Shown: positions 9,952 to 19,199 of the stretch, one piece after another
Numbering within the stretch: the first letter of the stretch is position 1
Layout: each line of letters begins with the position of its first letter
Origin: an uncultured Holophaga sp.
Lineage (GTDB): Bacteria > Acidobacteriota > Holophagae > Holophagales > Holophagaceae
Reading direction: 5' to 3'
Length of the DNA: 64,000 nt
Assembly (NCBI GenBank): GCA_963664825.1
Contig: OY761614.1
Span: forward strand, 736,001 to 800,000
Translations under genes and position numbers: made by a program
The notes under the pieces: model-generated
Told to the model about the DNA's origin: nothing
The model's database searches: none
Seen by the model: only the letters and a program-made list of their open reading frames with translations

Positions 9952-11775
9952 ATGGAAGAGAAGATGTTACCCACCCCCATTGATAAAATGTTCGAGCTTT
10001 TATGTGAGAACGAGAAAAATGCCAGTGATTTAATCAGTATAAACAGGGATCTTGTTTTAAGTAACGAAAGCCTGGCTACGGACCTGATCGTCGCCAACAA
10101 AAACCTCGCTTGGGAAAATGAGAAGCTGACTTCGGAACTGATCTTAATAAAACAGGGGATCGCCGACCACCAAGTGGGTGAAGCTCGGCGGGCCGCCGAA
10201 CTGATCGTGGCCGATCATGAACTCGGGTTCCAGCAAAGCGAAAAGCAGAAACGTGCGGAGGAATTGGAGGTCGCCAATGCGGAGCTGACGTTCCAGCAGG
10301 GAGAGAAGAGTGAAAGGGCCGCCGAACTGGTGATCGCCAACGAAGAACTTCTCTATCAGCAAGGCGAGAAGGAAAAACGCGCGGCGGAATTGGAGGTCGC
10401 CAATGTGGAGCTGATGTTCCAGCAGGGTGAGAAGAGTGAAAGGGCCGCCGAACTGGTGATCGCCAACGAAGAACTTCTCTATCAGCAAGGCGAGAAGGAA
10501 AAACGCGCGGCGGAATTCGTGCTGGTGAATAAGGAACTCACCAAAGAAGGTGGCGAAGGAAGACGCGTGGCCGACCTGGTCCTCGCCAACCGGAAGCTGG
10601 CGTCCCAAAACGAAGAACTCGAGAAAAGATCGAAGGGCTTGCTCATCGCCAATAAGGACCGGCTGGAGTTGTTGGCCAGGCTGCTCCAGTCCCAGAAACT
10701 GGAAAGTCTCGGCACCCTTGCCGGTGGCGTGGCGCACGACATGAACAATGTGCTGGGTGCTATCCTAGGCCTCGCCTCGGTGCACCTGGAAATTCAGCCG
10801 CCGGAGAGTCCTGCCTACCGGGCCTTCGAGACCATCGCAAAGGCAGCAGTCCGAGGCGGGAAAATGGCCAAGAGCCTGCTTAGTTTTGCCCGTCAAAGTC
10901 CGGCCGTGGAGAACGAACTCGACCTCAACACCCTTCTCCGCGAGGAGGTCCGGTTGCTAGAGCGCACCACCCTGGCCAAGATCCACCTCAGCATGATGCT
11001 GACGCCGGACCTGCGGCCCATCCAGGGGGATGCCAGCGCCCTGACCAACGCCTTCATGAACCTATGCGTGAATGCTGTGGACGCGATGGAGGACAACGGC
11101 AGGCTGACCCTCCGAACCCACAATGTGGACAATGACTGGATCGAGGTCGAGGTCGAAGACACGGGGCGCGGAATGACGAAGGATGTTCTGGCGAAGGCTT
11201 TGGACCCCTTCTTCACGACCAAGGCGGAGGGTAAGGGCACAGGGCTGGGACTCTCACTGGTCTACAGCACGGTGATGGCGCACCGGGGTTCCATGACCAT
11301 CCAGAGCGCGCCGGAACAAGGCACCTGTGTAAAGATCCGCTTTCCCACCAGTGAGCCCCTGATCAAGGCGATGGAACTTGAGGATGCACACCCATCCTTG
11401 CCCTTCACCCACCACCTGCAGGTGCTAGTGGTGGACGACGACGACCTAGTGAGAGGTTCCACCCAAACCATTCTGGAATTGCTGGGACATACGGTTACGG
11501 GCGTCCCTAGCGGTGAAGAAGCCTTGGAGCAATTGGCAAGCGGCTTGGTGCCCGAGGTCGTGCTCTTGGATTTGAACATGCCTGGTCTCGGCGGAGCCGA
11601 GACCTTGAGCCGGATCCGCCTCCAATACCCTGACTTGCCAATTCTCTTGGTCACGGGCCGGGTCGACCAGACCGCTTTGGATCTCGTGGGGGCCCACCCA
11701 AATGTCACGCTGCTGGCCAAGCCCTTCACCATAAAGGAACTTCAGGCCCAGTTAAAAGCCCTGGGGTGGACGTGA
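9952..11775 (+). CDS. Cytoplasmic hybrid histidine kinase/response regulator with N-terminal coiled-coil repeats
   Basis: H-box GVAHDMNN, N-box NAVDAM, DTGRG, FFTTK and GTGLGL; receiver VVDDD/LLDLNMP/KPF; no transmembrane segment seen. Confidence 0.92.
   Translation: MEEKMLPTPIDKMFELLCENEKNASDLISINRDLVLSNESLATDLIVANKNLAWENEKLTSELILIKQGIADHQVGEARRAAELIVADHELGFQQSEKQKRAEELEVANAELTFQQGEKSERAAELVIANEELLYQQGEKEKRAAELEVANVELMFQQGEKSERAAELVIANEELLYQQGEKEKRAAEFVLVNKELTKEGGEGRRVADLVLANRKLASQNEELEKRSKGLLIANKDRLELLARLLQSQKLESLGTLAGGVAHDMNNVLGAILGLASVHLEIQPPESPAYRAFETIAKAAVRGGKMAKSLLSFARQSPAVENELDLNTLLREEVRLLERTTLAKIHLSMMLTPDLRPIQGDASALTNAFMNLCVNAVDAMEDNGRLTLRTHNVDNDWIEVEVEDTGRGMTKDVLAKALDPFFTTKAEGKGTGLGLSLVYSTVMAHRGSMTIQSAPEQGTCVKIRFPTSEPLIKAMELEDAHPSLPFTHHLQVLVVDDDDLVRGSTQTILELLGHTVTGVPSGEEALEQLASGLVPEVVLLDLNMPGLGGAETLSRIRLQYPDLPILLVTGRVDQTALDLVGAHPNVTLLAKPFTIKELQAQLKALGWT
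10189..10626 (+). repeat. 63-bp (21-aa) intragenic tandem repeat, about 7 units
   Basis: Consensus RAAEL.(I/V)AN.EL.(F/Y)QQGEK.(K/E); units 10315-10377 and 10441-10503 are identical in DNA. Confidence 0.9.
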
Positions 11776-11811
11776 ATTCCGGCTCTTCGCTGAATTGTGT
11801 GGGTAGGGCCT

Positions 11812-12180
11812 CTGGGTATCTGCCCCTGGAGCGACAGGCGGGCCATCTCCTGTTCCATCTGGTGCGCCGCCGCTATGAGAAGGGCAGCCTGCTGCTCACC
11901 AGCAACCAGCCCATCGAAGCCTGGGGCGAGATGCTGGGCGATAAGATCGTGGCGACCGCCATCCTGGACCGCCTGCTGCACCACAGCCATGTCCTGAGCA
12001 TCAAGGGCGACAGCTATCGCCTGCGAGAGAAACGCCGAGCCGGGATAGTCCCGGCACCGGAAGCCGTGGCCCCATAATCGCCGCGCCCGATGGGGCGCCC
12101 TCCGCTTCGGCCTACGCCCTCCGCTCCGGGCACCCCATCGGATTCACAACCAACAGGGGGTCAATATTCGTGTCGTCGGG
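11812..12180 (+). pseudogene. istB: IS21-family remnant: 3' end of istB ATPase plus partial right end
   Basis: GYLPL...LFHLVRRRYEKGSLLLTSN...ATAILDRLLHH...IKGDSYRLREK (stop 12077); GGGGGTCAATATTCG end-like sequence cut off by the Mu-like end at 12181. Confidence 0.88.
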
Positions 12181-12355
12181 TGTAGCGCGGCAAAATGAAC
12201 CATCATAAGTCCGTCAGAATGATTGGTCGTTTCCAAACATTTTGACGGGTTGGCCTATCAGCCTCGGTTTCCACAACGACTGCGGAACCAAGCGCGAGAA
12301 AGCCCCGAAGCGCTGATGTCCGGAGGTTTCCTGGGGTGCTGCGATATGCGGGCAG

Positions 12356-12871
12356 TCAGATCCCAAGGATGGCATCCTTGTCCGTCGCCACGATCCACGC
12401 CCGCTGAGCCTCGTAGGTCGCAACGGGGATCAGGCCCGCTGCTAGGAGGTTGGCGCGGTAGAGGACAGAGTAGGACGCCACGGGCACCACGAGTGCTGGA
12501 CGCCCCGTTTCGGCCAGCGCGGCAGTGGTCCAGGCCGCCTCAGCATCGGCCTCGCTGATCTGCGGGTTGGCCTTGATCGCGTCGATGGAGGCGGCCTTCC
12601 CCGCGAAACGCTCGGCACGCAGGAGCTGGTCGATCGTGGAATACTGGCCAAACTCGGATGTCAGCCCCGGCCCGGCACCAATCTGGAGCGCGGCCAGCTC
12701 CTGATGCGCGGAGACGTATTGCCTCCCCGCATCCTGGGACAGGGAGCCGATCACCTGGGCGGCGTTGCCCAGGGCCGTCATTTGGCCCTTAATGGACTCC
12801 ACACGGAGGGCGGCCTGCTGGCGGCGGACCTCCTGGGCGAGAGCGGTCTGGGTGTTCTGATCGAGTGCCAT
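12356..12871 (-). CDS. Phage hypothetical protein, last gene before the right end
   Basis: AAGGAG SD; 171 aa; follows the Hint-domain segment, at the position of tail-fibre accessory genes. Confidence 0.7.
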   Translation of the reverse strand: MALDQNTQTALAQEVRRQQAALRVESIKGQMTALGNAAQVIGSLSQDAGRQYVSAHQELAALQIGAGPGLTSEFGQYSTIDQLLRAERFAGKAASIDAIKANPQISEADAEAAWTTAALAETGRPALVVPVASYSVLYRANLLAAGLIPVATYEAQRAWIVATDKDAILGI

Positions 12872-12889
12872 AGTGGTCTCCTTGAAAGA

Positions 12890-14038
12890 TTACGTAGCGG
12901 GTTGAAGGACTTCGTCGTAGCGCGCTTTCAGGTTGTGGGAGAGCACGTCATCGCTGAAATAGGTGTGGCATCCATCCACCACGAAACTGATGACCTGCCC
13001 TTTGCCGGTGGGGATGATCGACTTCACGCGGCTCTCGCGCTGGGCGACGAGGAGATCACCAGGCTTGAGGTTGCGGACCTCTGCCCATCCCCCAGAGATC
13101 AGGGCCACGCGATGCGAGTCAGTGAATTCAGGCGCTCGGCCATCCTCCATCACTACGCACACCCGGTTGACCCAGCGCATATGGGGCTCTCGCACGGTGC
13201 CCACCGAGGGCTCCATGGTGGACTCGTCCACACCCACAACCTGCATCCCGTCGACGAGACTGCCCTTGGCGTCCATGCCTTCGGGCACGACCAGGCCGGG
13301 AGCGTCGATGAGCTTATTGGCCACCGCGATGTAGCGGCTCTGCTCGATATCGCCGGAATCCGCCGGGTAGGTGAGCATCAGCCGGTCGTGGGCATAGCGG
13401 GGATAATCCCGGTACGTGGCATAGGCCACGGCCACCTTGACCCGCGTCCACCGAGGCACGGTGCGGCCCCTGCCCAGGCCCCAGGGATTGCGGAAGTGGC
13501 TCCCATGCCGGTGCAGGATCAGCTTCCCAGGCTCCCAGACCCGCCCATTCACCGTGGGCGTCCGGTCCACGTCGAAGTTCAGGTAGAAGGGATCGAAGCT
13601 CTCCAGCTCCTGGGGCATCAGGTGGCCCTTGCGAACCTCCCAATGCACCTCCACGGGCACGAGGCCGTAGTAGCTGGCCTTGGCCAGTTCCTCGAAGTCC
13701 TCGATCAGGTTGAGCCCTTCCAGGGCCTCCCGGACGAGGTCCGTCACGGCCGTGGGAGTCCCAGGGCCAGGCTCCAGCGTCCAGGGCAGGCTGGAAACCA
13801 CTTGGCAGCGCAGATCCAGGCAGGCGGCGGCCTTGGGATCCCGCAGGGCGTCATGCAGCTCCTGCCACTGTCCAAGTCGATCCGTGCCGGTGTCCAGGTT
13901 CGGGTTCAAAAACCCCCCCGGAGAAAGCCAGGGAATGGCCGGGTCCGTCTCCTGGAGCACATCCAGGCGCTGGGGCTGGCTGGGCTGAGCCGCGAGAAGC
14001 GCGGGTAGGCTGCGAAGGCGAGTCCAGAGGCTGCTCAT
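12890..14038 (-). CDS. Chimeric ORF: N-terminal part of a Mu gp29/DUF935-type portal fused to a partial Hint (intein-like) domain
   Basis: Portal motifs DPKAAACLDLR...W, YYGLVPVEVHW and NPWGLG; C-terminal TDSHRV, LKPGDLL and VISFVVDGCHTYFSDDVLSHN. Confidence 0.8.
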   Translation of the reverse strand: MSSLWTRLRSLPALLAAQPSQPQRLDVLQETDPAIPWLSPGGFLNPNLDTGTDRLGQWQELHDALRDPKAAACLDLRCQVVSSLPWTLEPGPGTPTAVTDLVREALEGLNLIEDFEELAKASYYGLVPVEVHWEVRKGHLMPQELESFDPFYLNFDVDRTPTVNGRVWEPGKLILHRHGSHFRNPWGLGRGRTVPRWTRVKVAVAYATYRDYPRYAHDRLMLTYPADSGDIEQSRYIAVANKLIDAPGLVVPEGMDAKGSLVDGMQVVGVDESTMEPSVGTVREPHMRWVNRVCVVMEDGRAPEFTDSHRVALISGGWAEVRNLKPGDLLVAQRESRVKSIIPTGKGQVISFVVDGCHTYFSDDVLSHNLKARYDEVLQPAT

Positions 14039-15690
14039 TCAACCACCCCACTGCGCATGCCCAGGGCCGCTCCGCCGAAGGGACGCTTCTTGAAGCGACC
14101 GCCCGTAGCGCCCTGGAGGGCATCGGGGCCGTCGTCGTTGGGCCCCTTCGGGAACTGGAGGAGCTGCTCCTTCAGCTTCCGGATCCCCGACGCGCCCCCA
14201 TTGGCCATGGGTTCGATGGAGCCATTGCCCAGGGCCGCCGGACTCAGCCGGGGGAACCGGATCCGGCCCGTATCCACGGCGGGCGCCATGCTCTCGATGC
14301 GGGCGGTCTTCTCACCCTTGGGGGGCACCGTCGCAATGGCCAGAAAGATCCCTTCCTGGTCTGCCAGCAGCGCCACGATATCGGCCAGGGATTCCTGGTA
14401 GGCCACGGATTCAGCCTGGATGCGCCCGCCGTAGGTCTCCCGCTGGGCCAGAATGGCCTTGCCCGTCGCCGTGGGGCCAAGCTTCCTGATAACGGCATCC
14501 AGCACGTAGCAGACGCCCTCGGAGAATCCCACGGTCACCAGGGCCGTAAAGTCCCCGCGTTTCTTGCCCAGGGCCGGGTCGATATGGGTCACCAGGGTGA
14601 GCCGCTCGGGAAGCCGGTCGTACTCGTCAAAATGTTTGAAAGGTTTCGCGTCGTCGCCCTGGGCGCGGTTCTCCATCTCCTGGCTGAAGCTGCCCGGATC
14701 CTCGGCGTCCATCTTGGAACGCAGCCAGCGCAGGTGCTTCCCGGGGAAGCGCTCGGGCCAGAGGGGATTCTCGTCCTCGTCCCAGCAGCGCCAGATGGCG
14801 CCCCCGAAGGTGTGCAGCAGGGACATGAGCAGGCTGTCGTCGTGCAGGACCGTGCCCAGGCAGAGCAACGATCCCCGGGTGGGATCCAGCGCCGGGATCA
14901 CGGCCTTGATGAACCAGCCCCGGAGCTTCTTGCGGCGGGCCGGGCTCTCCACGGCCTCGTCGTTCTCCACGTCGTCCATCACCACCAGGTCCGGACGGCG
15001 GCCCTGGAACGTGCGACCACGGAGCTTCTGGCCCGAGCCGAAGGCCTGGAGGCGAGCGTGCTTGAAGGGGGGCTTCTCGCCCCCTGCCCTTGCGGGAATC
15101 ACCAGGTCTAGGACGCCCTCGGGGCCTTCCGCATGGATCTGCCCATAGTCCGTGCGGATGCGGGGGCTCTCCTCAAGCACCAGGCGCACAGCCTCCACAA
15201 AGCCCTTGGCCTGGTCGAAGGTGTCGCTCACGGCCTGGGCATAGCCCTTGCGGCCCTCCAGGAGGCACCACGCCAGGAAGGCGATGGTCCCCCAGGTGCT
15301 CTTAGCATGGCCACGGGGCGCGGCCAGGACGGCGGCATGGATGTCCGGCGTCTCCTCCCCTTCTTCCACCTGGCGCGGCACCAGCTCCCCGAAGGGACCC
15401 GGATCCACGGGCACCGGCTCCCGGCCCTCGGCCAGGGCCTGGCAGGTGGCCGCCAGGGCTTCATGCAGGGCGCATCCGTTCCCCTGGATCAGCTCGGGAA
15501 GGTAGGTCCGAGCGAAGAAGGTGAAGTCCTGGTGGGCGCGGGCGCGGCGGCGCATGCCGCCCTCGGGGGTGCGCTCGGAGACCGGGAAGTCCTCCATCTC
15601 CCGCAGTCGGGAGATCAGCTCCTCCAGCTGCTGGGCAGCCTTTCGAGCCTGCGCCTTGCTGGCGCGGGGAATGGAGACGCGGGAAGCCAT
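14035..15690 (-). CDS. Phage terminase large subunit
   Basis: Walker A APRGHAKST, Walker B VVMDDVEND, nuclease IDPA and DDGPDAL; ORF intact. Confidence 0.92.
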   Translation of the reverse strand: MASRVSIPRASKAQARKAAQQLEELISRLREMEDFPVSERTPEGGMRRRARAHQDFTFFARTYLPELIQGNGCALHEALAATCQALAEGREPVPVDPGPFGELVPRQVEEGEETPDIHAAVLAAPRGHAKSTWGTIAFLAWCLLEGRKGYAQAVSDTFDQAKGFVEAVRLVLEESPRIRTDYGQIHAEGPEGVLDLVIPARAGGEKPPFKHARLQAFGSGQKLRGRTFQGRRPDLVVMDDVENDEAVESPARRKKLRGWFIKAVIPALDPTRGSLLCLGTVLHDDSLLMSLLHTFGGAIWRCWDEDENPLWPERFPGKHLRWLRSKMDAEDPGSFSQEMENRAQGDDAKPFKHFDEYDRLPERLTLVTHIDPALGKKRGDFTALVTVGFSEGVCYVLDAVIRKLGPTATGKAILAQRETYGGRIQAESVAYQESLADIVALLADQEGIFLAIATVPPKGEKTARIESMAPAVDTGRIRFPRLSPAALGNGSIEPMANGGASGIRKLKEQLLQFPKGPNDDGPDALQGATGGRFKKRPFGGAALGMRSGVVE

Positions 15691-15929
15691 CAGCGGCGGC
15701 CCTTCCGGCGGGGCTGAAGCTCATCGGCGGCTGCGGTCGCATACCAGGCGGCCTTCCGGAGATCCTCAGCCGCAGGGCCCTTGAGTCCGGCCCGCCAGGC
15801 GTATTTCACGACAGCACCCCGGCAGTAGGCCTGGAAGCCTTCCGGCCCGAGGGCCGCCTTCAGGGCCTCGATGCACTCGATGTCGCCTTGGGTGTAGTGG
15901 CTGGGATGATTGATGAGATCGGCTTTCAT
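15690..15929 (-). CDS. DUF3310 phage protein
   Basis: INHPSHYTQGDIECIEA...KYAWRAGLKG...EDLRKAAWY. Confidence 0.9.
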   Translation of the reverse strand: MKADLINHPSHYTQGDIECIEALKAALGPEGFQAYCRGAVVKYAWRAGLKGPAAEDLRKAAWYATAAADELQPRRKGRR

Positions 15930-16078
15930 GGCTTTTCCTTGTCGGGATCACGGAAGGGGCAGTCGTCAAAGGCGGCGCCGCAGGAATCCAGCACGCGGCA
16001 GACCCGGCACTCGGGGGCCACCGTGGCGGCCAGGAAGTGGTTCACGTCAGGCTCTGGAGGCAGCAGCGGCACGCTCAC
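15926..16078 (-). CDS. Small 4-Cys protein (50 aa)
   Basis: Below the ORF-track cutoff; 4-bp overlaps with both neighbours; MSVPLLPPEPDVNHFLAATVAPECRVCRVLDSCGAAFDDCPFRDPDKEKP. Confidence 0.7.
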   Translation of the reverse strand: MSVPLLPPEPDVNHFLAATVAPECRVCRVLDSCGAAFDDCPFRDPDKEKP

Positions 16079-16572
16079 ACGGACCTCCGCTGCATTTCAT
16101 CCAGGAAGCCCTTCCAGGCCTCCAGCAGGGCCGGAGCCTCCTCCGGGCATTCCTTCAACACGAAGGCCTGGAACTCCTCACCCACCACCAGCGCGGCATC
16201 CATGAGCCGGTAGCCCTGGCGTTTGGCGATCATGAGCTTGAATTTGTTGACGTTGCCAAGGAGGCTCAGCAGGTCGGGAATGGGCAGGTCGTCGCCATCC
16301 CGGTCCAGGCGGCCCAGGAGGCGGCGCAGGGCCCGCTCCTCCAGGTCATCCAGGGCCATGCCATGGACCTGGAGCCAGCTTTCCCGCGCCTCCCGCCAGT
16401 GCCCTTCCTTGGCCCAGGCCTGCACTGTGCGGGAGCTGCATCCGATCGCCTCGGACACCTGGTCAGGCGTCTTGGCATCCTCAATGAAGAGGCGCCGTGC
16501 CTTCGCCCGATCCTCGTCCGTCCAGCGGGTATTGCCATGGGGTTTTGCCGGGGGCTGGGGCTTGGGCTTCAT
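16075..16572 (-). CDS. Probable terminase small subunit (DUF1804-like HTH)
   Basis: ARRLFIE...VSEAIGCSSRTVQAWAKEGHW HTH; upstream of the large terminase. Confidence 0.7.
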   Translation of the reverse strand: MKPKPQPPAKPHGNTRWTDEDRAKARRLFIEDAKTPDQVSEAIGCSSRTVQAWAKEGHWREARESWLQVHGMALDDLEERALRRLLGRLDRDGDDLPIPDLLSLLGNVNKFKLMIAKRQGYRLMDAALVVGEEFQAFVLKECPEEAPALLEAWKGFLDEMQRRSV

Positions 16573-16886
16573 GGCCGAGCCGCTTTCTTGGCAAATTCAA
16601 GAAGCGTTGCCTGGAGGGTCTGTCCCATGGCATCCAGGCGGCCTTCCATGCGGACGGCCAGCGCTTCCAGGCGATCGCGCATCTCGTCGCCCGTCGGCAG
16701 GGCTTCCATGCCCTTCTTGAGCACGGAGACGAGGGTTTCCAGGTGCTGGACCTTCCGCTCCAGTTCGTTGATCTTGGCCCACTGGGCCCTGGCGTCGGAC
16801 TTGGCCTGGGCTCGAAAAGCTCCCCAGATGGCGATGGAGATCATGGCCAGGAGGGCGGCCAAGGCGATCCAGTCGGCGGGTTTCAT
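16569..16886 (-). CDS. Phage membrane-anchored coiled-coil protein (DUF2730-like)
   Basis: N-terminal TM helix plus coiled coil with ALPT motif; usual position between lysis and packaging genes. Confidence 0.6.
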   Translation of the reverse strand: MKPADWIALAALLAMISIAIWGAFRAQAKSDARAQWAKINELERKVQHLETLVSVLKKGMEALPTGDEMRDRLEALAVRMEGRLDAMGQTLQATLLEFAKKAARP

Positions 16887-17357
16887 TCATCCCCCGCCGC
16901 AGGCTTGGACTTGAAGAGGAGCGCATCCTTGGCCCGGCTACCGCTGGAGGAGCCGTAGTAGTAGTTCACACAGCCGACCCAGGCCGTGCCCAGGGAGCCG
17001 AGCATCGTATAGACGCTGGCCTTGTTGGAGTCCGGGATGGGCCGGATGAGCAGGAACACCAGCAGCCCGAAGAACCCCACCGTGATGGCATAGAACCCGA
17101 TGGCCGGGACATGGTCCCGCACGGACATCTCACGTTTGCGGGCGCTGTCCCGGTCGCTGGCGGCGATCTGCTCCAGGTCCACCAGCTGCTTGAAGCCCAT
17201 GGCCTGCATGCGCTCCTCGTGCTCCTGCTCGGCCTGATTCAGGGCCAGGAACTGGTCCCCGGTGAGGGAGCCCGCTGCGGCCATCTGGGCGGCCTTCTGG
17301 GCGTTCTCCAGGCTGGGAGCCAGGCCCGTGGCTTTGCAGACGGCCTCCACGGCGATA
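16883..17357 (-). pseudogene. 3TM-type holin, 5'-truncated by IS256
   Basis: DRDSARKRE, two TM helices and YYYGSSSGS; the frame runs into IS sequence near 17357. Confidence 0.75.
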
Positions 17358-18046
17358 GAGTCCCATCAAGTGGTGTAGCAGTGGTTCAGTGAGAGGTGGC
17401 CACCGGTTCCGTAAGGTGAGGTTTGCGAACTTACCGAACGGAGAGACCGATGGCCATCAATAGGGTGTCTGGGCTGGAAGCCCTGAGCAAGGTTTTGGAG
17501 GAGGGGAACGGTGATTTCCTGCGGCGTGTGCTGCTGATGGGGCTGGAGGCGGTGATGGAGTCCGACGTTTCGGGGCTCTGCCAAGCGGGCCCTGGGGAGC
17601 GGACGCCGTCACGGGAGAACCACCGAAACGGCTACCGCGACCGGGAACTGGAAACGCGGCTGGGCACGCTGCCGCTGGCCATCCCAAAGCTCCGGCAGGG
17701 CAGCTACTTCCCGAACTTCCTGGAGCCGCGCCGTCGGTGGGAACAGGCCTTCGTGAACGTGGCGGCAGAGGCCTACGTCGCGGGCGTGAGCACGCGAAAG
17801 GTCGAGGCGTTGGTGGAGGCCCTAGGCTGCCGGGGGATGTCGAAGTCCGAGGTCTCCCGGCTGGCGCAGGAGTTGGATGCGGAGGTGGAGGCGTTCCGGA
17901 ACCGCCCGCTGGAAGGTTCTTTCCGCTACCTCTGGCTGGACGCCCTCTATCCGAAGGTTCGGGAAGGCGGGCGCGTGGTAGGGCTGGCGGTGATGGTGGC
18001 CATGGCCGTGAATGCGGAGGGTAAACGCGAGGTGCTGGGGCTGGGT
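17358..18046 (+). mobile_element. Truncated IS256-family element (transposase from ATG 17450, about 200 codons left)
   Basis: RNGYRDR.LETRLG.L.L.IPKLRQGSYFP, GVSTRKV, YLWLDA and GKREVLG; similarity ends there. Confidence 0.9.
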
Positions 18047-18180
18047 TCGCCTGTGCATATCGAATTGGGCGCTTTCCAGTGCTTTGCGTTCAGATACGCC
18101 CCGGCATCGCCGCATTGGGACACGATCAAGATCCGGATGCGTTCCCAAAATTCATCTGGAGTCTTGGACGTTTTGGACAT
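18047..18180 (-). pseudogene. 5' fragment of an unknown gene abutting the IS256 remnant
   Basis: GAGG SD, then MSKTSKTPDEFWERIRILIVSQCG...; lower GC; reads into antisense IS sequence. Confidence 0.35.
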
Positions 18181-18453
18181 TGGAAAATGTCTGGACCTCT
18201 AAGTTGAAGCCCCCGCCATGATTGGCTCTCGGACGTTTCGGTCATTCCAACATTCTCCTGTAATGAACCGCATGGTTTGGCACGTCACTACTGATTGTTC
18301 TGGTGCGCCAAAGCAATCGAACCATGACGCGCCTTCACTCGGTTTGGGAAACGCCACTGAAATCCAGTCCCACAGCAAGAATGAGACTGCCGTATGGGCG
18401 ATTTGCCCCCAACAATAAAATATGGGTAGAAGGATGGGTTGACATAGCAATGA

Positions 18454-18489
18454 ATCGTCAAGTCACCTTTTAACAGTGACTTGGCGATT
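18454..18489 (-). terminator. Hairpin downstream of tRNA-Ser
   Basis: AATCGTCAAGTCAC / GTGACTTGGCGATT inverted repeat. Confidence 0.55.
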
Positions 18490-18493
18490 GTTT

Positions 18494-18583
18494 TGGCGGA
18501 GAGATAGGGATTCGAACCCCAGTTACGGTCACCCGTAAACCTGATTTCGAGTCAGGCGCATTCGACCACTCTGCCATCTCTCC
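18494..18583 (-). tRNA. tRNA-Ser(CGA)
   Basis: GGAGAGA acceptor stem, anticodon arm CCTGA-CTCGAAA-TCAGG, long variable arm, GGTTCGAATCC and encoded CCA. Confidence 0.97.
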
Positions 18584-18845
18584 AGGCGCAGAATCATATC
18601 AGGATTCCGGCTTCCGCTGGAGGGGCACTCCACAATCCTGGATACAGGAGGCCTGGATGACGATTTCGCAAGGGGCGGCGCTTTGGGCTACCCGGCGCTG
18701 ATGCCCCGAGCCGCGCCTCCGGAGGCTACAGGGCGAACATGGCTGGGCGGTTTCGCCGTTCAGACTGTAGCGCGGCAAAATGAATCGTATGGAATCCGTC
18801 AGAATGATTGGTAGACTTCAAACATTCTGACGGCTCAGCCTACGG

Positions 18846-19184
18846 TCACTCCTTCACCGCCGCTAAATCGGCCCGGATTTCGATATCCAGGAGCGCCTCC
18901 CATAGCCCCCCAAGGGTTGTTTGGGTGCCATTCCCCAGGGTTATGACCGTCGCCAAGATTGCAGCGGTTTTAGACACATCCAGGGACAGCCAGTGGGCGT
19001 TCATCCCCAGAGCCAGGGGTGTTGTCTGCCCGTTCGCCCCAACTGCGAACTTATCATCAGCGTAAGCCAGGGTCAGAGAATGCTGGGACGTCCCATCGGG
19101 CATCTGGAGGCGGTTGACGCTCCAGTTGGTGGCTATGGTCTCCGTGACGATGTTCTCTGTCGTGGTGGTGGTTTGTGCGGCCAT
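18846..19184 (-). CDS. Phage hypothetical protein, last gene before the right end
   Basis: AGAGGA SD; 112 aa; follows the tail-fibre fragment. Confidence 0.7.
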   Translation of the reverse strand: MAAQTTTTTENIVTETIATNWSVNRLQMPDGTSQHSLTLAYADDKFAVGANGQTTPLALGMNAHWLSLDVSKTAAILATVITLGNGTQTTLGGLWEALLDIEIRADLAAVKE

Positions 19185-19199
19185 GTGGGTTCCTCTTTG

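Larger units (their letters stand above)
12181..17357 (-). mobile_element. Deleted Mu-like prophage remnant (right end, packaging and lysis genes)
   Basis: Right end at 12181; holin, small and large terminase, truncated portal; the other side is cut by IS256. Confidence 0.85.

Noticed and set aside
10189..10626. CRISPR array
   Set aside because: Repeats are contiguous, in frame and coding, with no spacers or cas genes; no CRISPR array was seen anywhere in the window.
12890..13270. Functional intein within the portal gene
   Set aside because: No N-terminal Cys/Ser block, the residue after His-Asn is Leu, and no portal C-extein follows.
18494..18515. tRNA 3' end as the att site of an integrase-type island
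   Set aside because: No second copy of the tRNA 3' end and no integrase seen in the window.
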